From: an uncultured Gammaproteobacteria bacterium
GTDB taxonomy: Bacteria; Pseudomonadota; Gammaproteobacteria; Steroidobacterales; Steroidobacteraceae
Direction: 5' to 3'
NCBI GenBank assembly: GCA_963846315.1
Contig: CAWJVM010000007.1
Span: 24,288-88,287 of the forward strand
Length of the DNA stretch: 64,000 bases
Position numbers and translations under genes: made by a program. The notes below the pieces were generated by a model that was not told where the DNA came from, ran no database searches, and was given only the letters and a program-made list of their open reading frames with translations. Shown in pieces: positions 52,996 to 62,825 of the stretch (its first letter is position 1; each line of letters opens with the position of its first letter).

Positions 52996-54822
52996 TTAGG
53001 CCCACAGCCTCAACGGCAGCAGGCCCCAGTATGCGAGGACAGCGGTGAACTGCAGTACGGCCAGCATGGCGGCGACATCCAGCGCGGCCGTCGCGTGCCA
53101 CGGCCTGCGTCTCCAACTGAGTGCGAGGCCGACGAGCATCGCCAACGGCAGAATTGCGGTCACGGCCGCGAGCGCACCACTCGCCAGCGTCAAATCACCC
53201 AGCTCCAGGAATGGCTGGCGGTAAAACAGCGGTACCGGCAGCAGCAACCCCAGGCAGCCTGCGAACGGCAGCAAATTTGCATCGCTCGATCGAGTGCGAC
53301 GGGTGACCGCGCGAAACAGCCCGTTCAGGATCAGATACACCCAGCCGAACGTGCCTGCAGCCAGGCTCGCCCACAGCAGCACGAGGTAGTCGAGCGACGT
53401 CTCCTGATAGGTTTGCGCGGCCGTGCTCATCAGGCGTTGACCGTCCACTGTCATGGAGAACGCATGCGAGGCGGTCATGCGGTCGACCTGCCTGTAGAGC
53501 GATCCCGCCGTTGGCGTCAACGTGAGTTCCGGTGATTGCAGGGCCCAGAGCTGCAAATTCGAGCCTTCCGGGCGGACCCGCAGGAAATTGAAAACGGTAT
53601 CGATCCAGGCGAGGGTCGCCATGCGATTGGGCGACGGAACGTACCAGCCTTTCCAGGCGCTCGACGAACTCGTTGAATTGGCTTGCAAAGTCGCCGGGGC
53701 GTCGTCGACCTGCAGTTCTCGAATAAGCAGACCGTGAAACCGATCGTAGTGCGCGGTCTCGCTGTCGGTGTTGATCGCCAGAAAAAATGCCCGCTGGTGC
53801 TCGGGGAACAGGCAGAACAGCGCGTGAAAGCCGACCGTGCTGCCGCCCTGGCATTTGCCAAGGGATCCATGCCGGTCGCGGGCATACAGCCCCAACGCAT
53901 ATCCGACACGCAGTCCTGCGGCAGCGGCTTCAGTGCCAACCGGCACACCCATGGCAGCCAGCAAGCGCTTATCGATGAAAGATTGACCGTCGACTCGGCC
54001 GTCACTCATCAGGAACCGGGCGAACCGCGCCATGTCCCCAGCGGTCGTCGTGAATTGGCCTGCCGGCCGCAGCTGCGTCGGCACCGCAGCGTGAGCCTGG
54101 CCGCGTTCGAAATGTCCCATCGCAATCCGCGGATCGCGGGCTGCTCCAGACTGCGTCGTATACGCGAACGTGCTGTCGAGCATGCCCAGTGGCTGCAGCA
54201 GATGCGTGTCGAGGTAGGTCTCGTAACGCGTCCCGGTCACGGTCTCGATCACCATGCCGGCAAGCGTGTAGCCAATGTTCGAGTACGAGTGCCTGGTGCC
54301 CGGCCGGCTGCGGACGTGCAATAGCGGTTGGCCCGCTGTCACTGCCTGTGCCAGCGGCATGTCGGCACCTGCCCTGACGCTGAACACGTGCGCAATGCGC
54401 GCATCGTCGAGTCCCGCTGTCTGGTCGAGCAGGTGTCGAACCCGTATCGGATCACCCGCCGCCCATGGATTGTCGAATGCGACTCCGGGCACGAGGTCCG
54501 CCACGGGGGCGTCGAGCGACAGCCGGCCCTCGGTCACCAGTCGCAGAATGCCGGTCGCAACCAGCGTTTTGGCGACCGATCCGACCTGAACCCGATCTTC
54601 GATGCCGATGGGTTGCCCTACGCTCGCGTCCTTGATTCCTGCCGCGCCCAGGGCGACCGTGCCGTTGGAAAGCACGGTCGACCAGACCGCGCCCTGCAGT
54701 CCCTGCCGTTGCAGCTCCGCAGCAATATCCGTCGAAACGTCAGCCGTTGATCCAGTACTGACGCGCGACGCCGCGAGCGCAAGCAGCACGGCGAGTGACC
54801 TTGAGCGCCAGGCCCGATTCAT
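52996..54822 (-). CDS. serine hydrolase (beta-lactamase / PBP4*-like) with C-terminal multi-TM domain
   Basis: 608 aa with a signal peptide. SxxK motif (VGSVAKTL). YSNIGY (YxN). The C-terminal about 150 aa are hydrophobic helices. Confidence 0.8.
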   Translation of the reverse strand: MNRAWRSRSLAVLLALAASRVSTGSTADVSTDIAAELQRQGLQGAVWSTVLSNGTVALGAAGIKDASVGQPIGIEDRVQVGSVAKTLVATGILRLVTEGRLSLDAPVADLVPGVAFDNPWAAGDPIRVRHLLDQTAGLDDARIAHVFSVRAGADMPLAQAVTAGQPLLHVRSRPGTRHSYSNIGYTLAGMVIETVTGTRYETYLDTHLLQPLGMLDSTFAYTTQSGAARDPRIAMGHFERGQAHAAVPTQLRPAGQFTTTAGDMARFARFLMSDGRVDGQSFIDKRLLAAMGVPVGTEAAAAGLRVGYALGLYARDRHGSLGKCQGGSTVGFHALFCLFPEHQRAFFLAINTDSETAHYDRFHGLLIRELQVDDAPATLQANSTSSSSAWKGWYVPSPNRMATLAWIDTVFNFLRVRPEGSNLQLWALQSPELTLTPTAGSLYRQVDRMTASHAFSMTVDGQRLMSTAAQTYQETSLDYLVLLWASLAAGTFGWVYLILNGLFRAVTRRTRSSDANLLPFAGCLGLLLPVPLFYRQPFLELGDLTLASGALAAVTAILPLAMLVGLALSWRRRPWHATAALDVAAMLAVLQFTAVLAYWGLLPLRLWA

Positions 54823-54832
54823 CTTGCCGTCG

Positions 54833-55036
54833 TCAAGCCTGGCCTGAGCCTCCGCCCAGCACGCGGGCCGGCAGCATCATCAACGATCGCAGGAAGGCGA
54901 ACACGCCCTCGACCACGATGCCGAGCAACCTGAACGGCAACAGGATCAGCCACACGAGCGGCCACAGCAGCAGCGCCAGGAGGGCGAGCGGCCAGCAGAC
55001 GACGAGCAGCAGCAGCCAGAGCAGAAACTTGAGCAT
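54833..55036 (-). CDS. small hydrophobic membrane protein
   Basis: 67 aa, Leu/Trp-rich (MLKFLLWLLLLVVCWPLALLALLLWPLVWLILLPF...). Lies 10 nt downstream of the serine hydrolase gene on the same strand. Confidence 0.45.
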   Translation of the reverse strand: MLKFLLWLLLLVVCWPLALLALLLWPLVWLILLPFRLLGIVVEGVFAFLRSLMMLPARVLGGGSGQA

Positions 55037-55177
55037 CTACGTGTCCTCCACGCCGGCAAATGTACAGGTTGCAGCCGACTTGTCGCATGCACCGATCGCA
55101 TCACCTGCACGGTTCGGCCCGTCGTCGTCGATGGCTAAGTCAAGCGGCTGGCCAGACTTGGGTTCCCCTCGGCGGAT

Positions 55178-55227
55178 GGACTAAGCTCCGGCAGGCCGTC
55201 GCGCCGACGGCCGCGGGAGCTTAGTCC
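55178..55227 (+). promoter_or_regulatory. 50-nt near-perfect hairpin abutting the GST start codon and burying its SD
   Basis: GGACTAAGCTCC (55178-55189) pairs with GGAGCTTAGTCC (55216-55227). Inner stem GGCCGTCG-CGC-CGACGGCC (55194-55212). GGGAG (55215-55219) is the only SD candidate. ATG at 55228. Confidence 0.5.
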
Positions 55228-55938
55228 ATGATCGAACTGTTCACGGCCGCGACCCCCAACGGCCACAAGATCTCCATCGCGCTCGAAGAACTCGCGTTGC
55301 CCTACGAGATGCGGGTCATCGATTTCGCGAAGAGCGAGCAGAAGGAACCGTGGTTCCTGCAACTCAATCCGAATGGCCGCATTCCCGCCATCGTCGATCA
55401 TGACGCCGGCGATTTTGCCGTGTTCGAGTCCGGCGCGATCCTGATCTACCTGGCGGAAAAGACCGGCAGGCTCATGCCCACCGACGCCAGGGGTCGCTCA
55501 CTCGTCCTGCAGTGGTTGATGTTCCAGATGGGAGGCATCGGCCCGATGATGGGGCAGGCCAATGTCTTCTTCCGTTACTTCCCGGAGAAGATCCAGCCAG
55601 CGATCGATCGCTACCACGCCGAGGTGAAGCGCCTGTTTACGGTGCTCGACGGACACCTTGCGCACCACGAGTTCCTGGCCGGCGACTATTCCATTGCAGA
55701 CATCGCCAACTGGGCCTGGGTACGTACTTCGAAGTGGTCCGGCGTGCCGTTCGACGACTTGCCGCACCTGACCCGCTGGGTCAGCCAGATCCGTGAACGT
55801 CCTGCCGTGCAGGCCGGCATCCTGATGCCGCCCTCGCAACTGAGCGTCGCCGCCGACGATGCCGAGCAGACGCGCAAATTCGTCGAGGAAGCCCGCAAGA
55901 TCGTCGTGACGGGCGGACCCGCACCCGAAGCTGAATAG
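55228..55938 (+). CDS. glutathione S-transferase (Nu-class, YfcG/YghU-like)
   Basis: [27 protein letters not shown]...[13 protein letters not shown]...[14 protein letters not shown]. Confidence 0.85.
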   Translation: MIELFTAATPNGHKISIALEELALPYEMRVIDFAKSEQKEPWFLQLNPNGRIPAIVDHDAGDFAVFESGAILIYLAEKTGRLMPTDARGRSLVLQWLMFQMGGIGPMMGQANVFFRYFPEKIQPAIDRYHAEVKRLFTVLDGHLAHHEFLAGDYSIADIANWAWVRTSKWSGVPFDDLPHLTRWVSQIRERPAVQAGILMPPSQLSVAADDAEQTRKFVEEARKIVVTGGPAPEAE

Positions 55939-55987
55939 CGGCGACGTGTCCACAACGGCAACCAGAGTTGGCCGAGGAGAATCGAGC

Positions 55988-56605
55988 ATGAAACTTCACA
56001 CCTCGCTGCGCGCGCCGAATCCGCGCCGTGTCGACATGTTCCTGATCGAGAAAGGCATCACCGGCATCGAGCGCGAGGTGTACGACCTCAATGCGGGTGA
56101 GCATCGCAGCGCCAGGTTCACGGCCATGAATCCGATCGCCCGTGTGCCGGTGCTCGAGCTCGACGACGGCCGTTTTCTTGCGGAGTCGCGCGCCATCTGC
56201 AGCTACCTCGAGTACCTGCATCCCGAACCGAACCTGATGGGTATCGACGCCGAGGAACGCGCCTTCATCGAGATGGCCGATCGTCAGGTCGAGTTGACGT
56301 TGCTCGCGGCCGTCGCCAACCACGTCCGTCACACGCATCCCGGCTTGCTGCCCCTCGAGAATCCGCAGTTCGCCGATTACGCGGCCGAACAAGGCAAGCG
56401 CATGATTGCGGCAGCTGCCTTGTTCGATGAGTTGCTGGCAAAGCGTCCCTGGATGGCAGGCAACCGGTTCACGATCGCGGACATCACGGCGTTCTGTGGT
56501 CTCGAATTCGCGCGGCTCGTGAAATTTCGTCCGGCCGATGCGGGCCTGAAGCACCTGGCTGACTGGCGGGAGCGCGTCGCGGAACGTCCCAGCGCCAAGC
56601 TCTGA
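55988..56605 (+). CDS. glutathione S-transferase
   Basis: ATG 55988 (GAGGAG upstream). ...MNPIARVPVLELDDGRFLAESRAICSYLE..., followed by a helical C-domain. Confidence 0.85.
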   Translation: MKLHTSLRAPNPRRVDMFLIEKGITGIEREVYDLNAGEHRSARFTAMNPIARVPVLELDDGRFLAESRAICSYLEYLHPEPNLMGIDAEERAFIEMADRQVELTLLAAVANHVRHTHPGLLPLENPQFADYAAEQGKRMIAAAALFDELLAKRPWMAGNRFTIADITAFCGLEFARLVKFRPADAGLKHLADWRERVAERPSAKL

Positions 56606-56773
56606 CTCAGGCTCCAGGCCCAAGTCCGGGCCAGCCGACCCCATGCCGAAATGCGCTGCCCCGCCGCATTCGCAGGCCGGATCAAATAGCGCGTCCGTCC
56701 GGTAGCTCTCTGATTCTGCAGGCCTTACCATCGGCCGATGGGCGCCTTCTGGCGGCACGGGGGACTTTGGTGC

Positions 56774-57253
56774 ATGACCGCGGCTGAGCTCAACCACGAC
56801 TCGACCCTCGCGCGCATTCTGGCAGAGCACGCCGGGATGGACGGCTCCTTGCTGCCGATCCTGCACGCCGTGCAGGACTCGGTCGGGCACATCAGCCAGT
56901 CGCATGTGGCTCACATCGCCAAAGCCCTCAACCTGTCACGCGCAGAAGTCCATGGCGTGGTCAGCTTCTACCACTACTTCCGGCAGCGCGAACCCGGCCG
57001 TCACGTCGTGCGCGTGTGCCGCGCCGAGGCGTGCCAGGCCATGCACTGCGAGACGACCGAGCAGCATGCCAAACGCGAACTCGGCGTCGACTACGGCGGC
57101 ACGAGCGCGGACGGCCTGTTTACGCTCGAAGCGGCCTATTGCCTCGGCAACTGCGCGGCGGCTCCGTCAGTGATGGTCGACGAGAAGCTGTATGGTCGCG
57201 TGACCCCCGAACGACTGGCGTCGATCCTTGCGGATTGGCGCAACCGTAGATGA
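56774..57253 (+). CDS. fdsG: NAD-dependent formate dehydrogenase gamma subunit (NuoE-like 2Fe-2S)
   Basis: ...LLPILHAVQDSVGHIS...VSFYHYF...VCRAEACQAMHC...LGNCAAAPSVMV shows the four-Cys NuoE pattern. ATG 56738 is an alternative start. Confidence 0.85.
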   Translation: MTAAELNHDSTLARILAEHAGMDGSLLPILHAVQDSVGHISQSHVAHIAKALNLSRAEVHGVVSFYHYFRQREPGRHVVRVCRAEACQAMHCETTEQHAKRELGVDYGGTSADGLFTLEAAYCLGNCAAAPSVMVDEKLYGRVTPERLASILADWRNRR

Positions 57254-58791
57254 CGGTGCGTATCTACATTTCGCGTGACGCGTCGGCCCAGGCGCTCGGC
57301 GCCGACGAGACTGCGGCTGCGTTGCAGGTGGCGGCCGCCGCGAAAGGCGCGTCGATCTCGCTGACTCGCGTCGGATCGCGCGGCATGGTCTGGCTCGAGC
57401 CGCTGGTCGAAGTCGAAGACGCCACCGGGCAGCGCATCGCGTATGGCCCAGTGACTGCGGACGAGGTGCCCGGCCTCGTGCAGGCTGGCTTGTTCGACAC
57501 CGCGCCGCACCCGTTGCGCCGCGGTCGGGTCGAAGAACTGCCGTGGTTCGCCAGGCAGGAACGACTGACGTTCGCACGCGTCGGAGTCATCGATCCGGTC
57601 AGCGTCGATGACTACGTCGTTCACGGCGGTTACGCCGGGCTGAAGCGCGCGCTCGACCTGTCCGGCGCCGAGATCGTCCACGAAGTGCTGGAGTCCGGCC
57701 TGCGGGGGCGCGGCGGCGCCGCCTTCCCGACCGGCATCAAGTGGCGCACGGTGCTGGAGCAGCATGCGCCGCAGAAGTACGTCGTCTGCAATGCGGACGA
57801 AGGCGACTCCGGCACGTTCTCGGATCGGATGTTGATGGAAGGCGACCCGCTGTGCCTGATCGAAGGGATGACCATCGCTGGCATTGCGGTTGGCGCCACC
57901 AAGGGCTACATCTACCTGCGCTGCGAGTATCCACTGGCGGGCCACGCCCTGCGTGAAGCGATCGAGGCAGCGCGCGCGCGCGGCTATCTCGGTCCCGACG
58001 TTTGCGGCAGCGGCAAGGTCTTCGAGCTCGAAGTGCGCGTGGGTGCCGGTGCCTATATCTGCGGTGAAGAAACGGCATTGCTCGAAAGTCTCGAGGGCAA
58101 GCGGGCCGAGGTGCGTTACCGCCCGCCCCTGCCGGCGATAAAGGGTCTGTTCGGCCAGCCCACGATCATCAACAACGTCATCTCGCTGGGCTCGGTGCCG
58201 ATCATCCTCGAGCGCGGCGCGGCGTACTACCGCGACTTCGGGATGGGTCGCTCGCGCGGTACGCTGCCCATTCAGCTCGCGGGCAACCTGAAGCGCGGCG
58301 GACTGGTCGAGAAGGCCTTCGGCGTCACCCTGCATGAACTGCTGTACGACTTCGGCGGCGGCTCGGCGTCCGGGCGTCCGCTGCGTGCCGTGCAGGTCGG
58401 CGGTCCGCTCGGCGCCTACCTGCCGGAATCGCAGTTCGACACCCCGCTTGATTACGAGGCGTTCACGGCGATCGGCGCGCTGGTGGGACACGGCGGCATC
58501 GTCGCCTTCGACGACACCGTCGACATGGCCCGCATGGCGCGCTATGCGATGGAGTTCTGCGCGATCGAGTCCTGCGGCAAGTGCACGCCCTGCCGCATCG
58601 GTTCGACCCGCGGCGTCGAGGTCATCGACCGCATCCTGCAGGGTGTCGAGCCGCAGGCGAACCTTGCCCGACTGGAGAACCTTTGTGAAACCATGCAGCA
58701 CGGCTCACTGTGCGGCCTGGGGGGCATGACGCCCTTCCCGGTCATGAGCGCAGTGAAGCATTTTCCAGGCGATTTCACTCGCGACCGCTGA
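57250..58791 (+). CDS. fdsB: NAD-dependent formate dehydrogenase beta subunit (NuoF-like)
   Basis: GLRGRGGAAFPTGIKW, CNADEGDSGTF (FMN/NAD site), ESCGKCTPCRIG (4Fe-4S). Confidence 0.9.
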   Translation: MTVRIYISRDASAQALGADETAAALQVAAAAKGASISLTRVGSRGMVWLEPLVEVEDATGQRIAYGPVTADEVPGLVQAGLFDTAPHPLRRGRVEELPWFARQERLTFARVGVIDPVSVDDYVVHGGYAGLKRALDLSGAEIVHEVLESGLRGRGGAAFPTGIKWRTVLEQHAPQKYVVCNADEGDSGTFSDRMLMEGDPLCLIEGMTIAGIAVGATKGYIYLRCEYPLAGHALREAIEAARARGYLGPDVCGSGKVFELEVRVGAGAYICGEETALLESLEGKRAEVRYRPPLPAIKGLFGQPTIINNVISLGSVPIILERGAAYYRDFGMGRSRGTLPIQLAGNLKRGGLVEKAFGVTLHELLYDFGGGSASGRPLRAVQVGGPLGAYLPESQFDTPLDYEAFTAIGALVGHGGIVAFDDTVDMARMARYAMEFCAIESCGKCTPCRIGSTRGVEVIDRILQGVEPQANLARLENLCETMQHGSLCGLGGMTPFPVMSAVKHFPGDFTRDR

Positions 58792-58809
58792 GGCACGAGG
58801 AACCACCGC

Positions 58810-61665
58810 ATGTTGGCGATCAATCGAAAGGACGCGGGCACGCCGGCCGCCCAGGGCGAGCCGGTCACGCTGTCGATCGACGGCGCCGAGGTCACCGTTC
58901 CCGCTGGCACGTCGATCATGCGAGCCGCAGTGGCAGTGGGCGGCGCCATTCCTAAGCTCTGTGCCACCGATACGCTGAAGGCATTCGGGTCCTGCCGTGT
59001 GTGCCTCGTCGAAGTCGAGGGTCAGCGCGGCTATCCAGCGTCCTGCACGACGCTGGTGGCGCCCGGCATGAAGGTAAAGACCGAGAGCGACAAACTGCGT
59101 CAGCTGCGCAAGGGCATTGTCGAGCTCTACGTCTCCGACCACCCGCTCAATTGCCAGGGCTGCCCCGCCGACACGCATTGCGAACTGCAGGGCGTCGCCG
59201 CCGACCTGGGCGTAACGACGAGCCCGTACGCTTTCGACGGTGTGAATCACCGGGACTCGCCCTGCGATGCCAGCAACCCCTACTTCGAGTTCAATCCATC
59301 GCTGTGCATCGCCTGCTCGCGTTGCGTGCGCGCGTGTGACGAAGTCCAGGGCACGTTCGCGCTGACGATCGAAGGACGCGGATTCGCATCGCGCGTGGTG
59401 GCAAGCCAGGATGAGCCGTTTCTTGATTCGGAGTGCGTTTCGTGCGGCGCTTGCGTGGAGTCGTGCCCGACCGCGGCGCTCAGCGAGAAGCCGCTCGCGA
59501 TCATGGGGCGGCCCGACAGGGCCGTGACGACGACCTGCGCCTATTGCGGCGTAGGCTGCTCGCTCGAGGCCGAGGTGAAGGGCGAGGAAGTCGTGCGCAT
59601 GGTGCCGAGCCGCGACGGCAAGGCCAACCGCGGGCACGCGTGCGTCAAGGGCCGGTTTGCGTACGGCTACGCCACGCATGTCGACCGCATCACCACACCG
59701 ATGATCCGCAAGCAGATCACCGACCCGTGGCAGGCCGTCGGCTGGGACGAAGCGTTCACCTACGCCGCGTCCGAATTCCGCCGCATTCAGGCGCAGTACG
59801 GTCGCGAGTCCGTCGGCGGCATCACCTCCTCCCGCTGCAGCAACGAAGAATCGTTCCTGGTGCAGAAGCTCGTGCGCGCGGCGCTCGGCACCAACAACGT
59901 CGACACCTGTGCGCGCGTCTGCCACTCCCCCACCGGGTATGGCCTGAAACACACGCTGGGCGAATCGGCCGGCACCCAGGCGTTCGATTCGGTGATGAAG
60001 AGCGACGTCATTTTCGTCATCGGCGCCAACCCGACCGATGGCCACCCGGTGTTCGCGTCGCGCATGAAGCGACGGCTACGGGAAGGTGCGAAGCTCATCG
60101 TTGCCGACCCACGCGCCATCGACCTGGTGCATTCGCCGCACATCCACGCCGACTTCCACCTGCCGCTGCGACCCGGCACCAACGTCGCGCTGATCAACTC
60201 GATCGCGCACGTCGTCGTCACGGAAGGCCTCGTCGACGAGGCGTATGTCGCCGAGCGCTGTGAACCCGCTCCGTTCCAGAAATGGCGCGACTTCGTGTCG
60301 CTGCCGAAGAACTCGCCGGAAGCACTGGCCGAAGTCACGGGCGTACCGGCCGCATTGGTGCGAGGCGCCGCCCGCCTGTACGCGACCGGCGGCAACGGGG
60401 CGATTTATTACGGGCTTGGCGTCACCGAGCACAGCCAGGGCAGCACGATGGTGCTCGGCATCGCCAATCTCGCCATGGCCACGGGCAATATCGGTCGCGA
60501 GGGCGTCGGCGTAAACCCTTTGCGCGGACAGAACAACGTCCAGGGCTCCTGCGACATGGGTTCGTTCCCGCACGAACTCGCCGGTTACCGGCACGTGTCG
60601 GACGCAGCCACGCGCGCCCAGTTCGGCGCCGAATGGGGCGTGCAACTCGAACCCGAGCCGGGCCTGCGTATTCCGAACATGTTCGAGGCCGCGCTCGATG
60701 GCAGCTTCAAGGCCATGTACGTGCAGGGCGAGGACTTGGCCCAGTCCGACCCGAACACGCAGCACGTCACGGCCGCGCTCTCCGCGCTCGAATGCCTGGT
60801 CGTGCAGGACCTGTTCCTCAACGAGACCGCGAAGTACGCGCACGTGTTCTTCCCGGGCTCGTCGTTCCTGGAGAAGGACGGCACCTTTACCAACGCGGAG
60901 CGGCGCATCTCCCGCGTCCGCAAGGTGATGCAACCGCTCGCCGGGCTGGCGGACTGGGAGGCCACGGTCGGCTTCGCGCGTGCGCTGGGTTACGAAATGA
61001 ACTACGGGCACCCGTCCGAGATCATGGACGAGATCGCGCGACTCACGCCGACGTTTACCGGCGTGTCTTACGACAAGCTGGACCGCCTCGGCAGCATCCA
61101 GTGGCCCTGCAACGACGCGGCGCCCGAAGGCACGCCGACCATGCACATCGGCGAGTTCGTGCGCGGCAAGGGCCGCTTCTACGTCACCGAGTACGTGCCG
61201 ACCAGCGAACGAGTCAACGTGCGCTTCCCGCTGATCCTGACGACGGGCCGGGTGCTCACGCAGTACAACGTGGGGGCACAGACGCGTCGCACGGCCAACA
61301 GCCAGTGGTACGAAGAGGACGTGCTCGAGATTCACCCGCACGACGCGGAAGACCGCGGCATCGGCACCGGCGACTGGGTCGGCATCACGAGCCGCGCTGG
61401 CGAGACCGTGTTGCGGGCCACGGTCACCGAGCGCGTGCAACCGGGCGTGGTCTACACCACGTTCCACTTCCCGGATTCTGGCGCTAACGTCATCACGACC
61501 GAGAACTCGGACTGGGCGACCAACTGTCCCGAATACAAGGTGACGGCCGTGCAGGCGGCGAAGGTGCAGCGGCCCTCCGACTGGCAGCGCCGCTTCCACG
61601 AGCAGAACGAGCAACAGCTCGGCTTGCTGCGCGGCGCGACAGACGCCACGCGCTCGCGGCAATGA
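58810..61665 (+). CDS. fdsA: NAD-dependent formate dehydrogenase alpha subunit (Mo-bisPGD, NuoG-like N-terminus)
   Basis: 951 aa. N-terminal 2Fe-2S and 4Fe-4S Cys clusters. CAYCGVGC. Active-site CARVCHSPT (Cys type, no in-frame TGA). Confidence 0.9.
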   Translation: MLAINRKDAGTPAAQGEPVTLSIDGAEVTVPAGTSIMRAAVAVGGAIPKLCATDTLKAFGSCRVCLVEVEGQRGYPASCTTLVAPGMKVKTESDKLRQLRKGIVELYVSDHPLNCQGCPADTHCELQGVAADLGVTTSPYAFDGVNHRDSPCDASNPYFEFNPSLCIACSRCVRACDEVQGTFALTIEGRGFASRVVASQDEPFLDSECVSCGACVESCPTAALSEKPLAIMGRPDRAVTTTCAYCGVGCSLEAEVKGEEVVRMVPSRDGKANRGHACVKGRFAYGYATHVDRITTPMIRKQITDPWQAVGWDEAFTYAASEFRRIQAQYGRESVGGITSSRCSNEESFLVQKLVRAALGTNNVDTCARVCHSPTGYGLKHTLGESAGTQAFDSVMKSDVIFVIGANPTDGHPVFASRMKRRLREGAKLIVADPRAIDLVHSPHIHADFHLPLRPGTNVALINSIAHVVVTEGLVDEAYVAERCEPAPFQKWRDFVSLPKNSPEALAEVTGVPAALVRGAARLYATGGNGAIYYGLGVTEHSQGSTMVLGIANLAMATGNIGREGVGVNPLRGQNNVQGSCDMGSFPHELAGYRHVSDAATRAQFGAEWGVQLEPEPGLRIPNMFEAALDGSFKAMYVQGEDLAQSDPNTQHVTAALSALECLVVQDLFLNETAKYAHVFFPGSSFLEKDGTFTNAERRISRVRKVMQPLAGLADWEATVGFARALGYEMNYGHPSEIMDEIARLTPTFTGVSYDKLDRLGSIQWPCNDAAPEGTPTMHIGEFVRGKGRFYVTEYVPTSERVNVRFPLILTTGRVLTQYNVGAQTRRTANSQWYEEDVLEIHPHDAEDRGIGTGDWVGITSRAGETVLRATVTERVQPGVVYTTFHFPDSGANVITTENSDWATNCPEYKVTAVQAAKVQRPSDWQRRFHEQNEQQLGLLRGATDATRSRQ

Positions 61666-61681
61666 CGCCGGAACTCCTGCA

Positions 61682-61924
61682 ATGAACGTCGAGAGCCTGG
61701 TCACGATGGCGAACCAGATCGCGGATTTCTTCGTCTCGGAAGCGGGCGTCGACGCGGCCCCGCAGGAGATTGCCGGGCACATCACCAGATTCTGGGCGCC
61801 GCCGATGCGCGCCCGGATCATCGCGCATGCGGCGTCAGGTGGTGCCGGCCTCAGTCCCGCGGCACTGGCAGCCGCCAGGATGCTGCAGCCTCCCGGCGTG
61901 AAGGCTGCCTCAGCGGCGGTGTGA
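61682..61924 (+). CDS. fdsD: formate dehydrogenase delta subunit
   Basis: 80 aa. LVTMANQIADFF...IAGHITRFWAPPMR is the FdsD pattern. Confidence 0.8.
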   Translation: MNVESLVTMANQIADFFVSEAGVDAAPQEIAGHITRFWAPPMRARIIAHAASGGAGLSPAALAAARMLQPPGVKAASAAV

Positions 61925-62779
61925 TCCCGAGAGACCGATCGCTGCCTGCAGCGTATTGGCAAGCAGCATCGCGATCGTCATGGGTCCGACGCCACCTGGC
62001 ACGGGAGTGATCGCCGCAGCGACCTGTGCGGCCGGCAGGTAATCGACGTCCCCCACCAGCTTGTCGCCGACGCGGTTGATGCCGACGTCGATGACGACGG
62101 CACCGGGTTTGATCCAGTCGCCTTGCACGAACCGCGGGATGCCGAGCGCCGCAACCAGGATATCCGCCTCGCGGCAGAAGGCTCGGATGTCGCGCGTGCG
62201 GCTGTGGCAGAGCGTCACCGTCGCGTCGGCGCCCTTCTGCGCCAGCAGCGCCGCCATCGGCTTGCCGACGATATCGCTGCGGCCGATCACGACGGCGTGC
62301 TTGCCGGTGGTTTCGATGCCCGACACCTTGAGCATCCGCATGACGCCGGCCGGCGTGCACGGCAGGAAGCGCGGCCGTCCCTGCTGCAGCAAGCCGACGT
62401 TCTCGGGATGAAAGCCATCGACGTCTTTCGCGGGGCGGATCGCATCGAGGATCACGGCGGTGTCGATGCCCTTTGGCAGCGGCAACTGCACCAGGATGCC
62501 GTGCACGTCGGCGTCCGCATTCAAGGTCTGCACCAGCGTCAGTAGCTCGGCCTGGCCCGTGCTCGCCGGCAGCCGATGCAGCGTGCTCCTGAAGCCGGCC
62601 TTGTCACAGGCGACCTGCTTGTTGCGCACGTAGACGGCGCTGGCGGGGTCTTCGCCGACCAGGACGGCCGCAAGGTGCGCAATCACGCCCGTGCGCGTCT
62701 TGAGCGTCAGCGCCCCTGCGGCGGCTTCCGCCCGGGTCTGCTCCGCGATCTGCCTGCCGTCGATCACACTCGCCGTCAT
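61910..62779 (-). CDS. folD: bifunctional methylene-THF dehydrogenase / methenyl-THF cyclohydrolase
   Basis: 289 aa. VLVGEDPASAVYVRNK, GILVQLPLP, CTPAGVMRML, VVIGRSDIVGKPMA, PVPGGVGPMT. Confidence 0.95.
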   Translation of the reverse strand: MTASVIDGRQIAEQTRAEAAAGALTLKTRTGVIAHLAAVLVGEDPASAVYVRNKQVACDKAGFRSTLHRLPASTGQAELLTLVQTLNADADVHGILVQLPLPKGIDTAVILDAIRPAKDVDGFHPENVGLLQQGRPRFLPCTPAGVMRMLKVSGIETTGKHAVVIGRSDIVGKPMAALLAQKGADATVTLCHSRTRDIRAFCREADILVAALGIPRFVQGDWIKPGAVVIDVGINRVGDKLVGDVDYLPAAQVAAAITPVPGGVGPMTIAMLLANTLQAAIGLSGSHRR

Positions 62780-62825
62780 GAACTCGCTCCTCTCGAATTG
62801 CGTGGACCCCCGCCGCGGATCCTTG

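Noticed and set aside
52892-55227. tRNA-Leu as the attachment site of a genomic island containing the serine hydrolase gene.
   Set aside because: No integrase gene is present. I saw no direct repeat of the tRNA 3' end downstream. The composition looks like the core genome.
55178-55227. The 50-nt hairpin as a rho-independent terminator.
   Set aside because: No T-tract follows it on either strand. No upstream gene reads into it, because the neighbour is divergent. It ends at the start codon of the downstream gene.
58810-61665. Selenocysteine recoding in the formate dehydrogenase alpha subunit.
   Set aside because: The ORF is uninterrupted. The active-site position reads Cys (CARVCHSPT), as in NAD-dependent Fds-type enzymes.
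58705-61962. Very long minus-strand ORFs (446 aa and 628 aa) opposite fdsA. Similar long ORFs lie opposite or out of frame with other genes, for example 1024..2643+, 20248..21648-, 45798..47450+, 50363..52132+ and 26921..28252+.
   Set aside because: These are Arg/Ala/Gly/Pro-rich with no motifs. They overlap genes that have strong family signatures. They are typical shadow ORFs of high-GC DNA.
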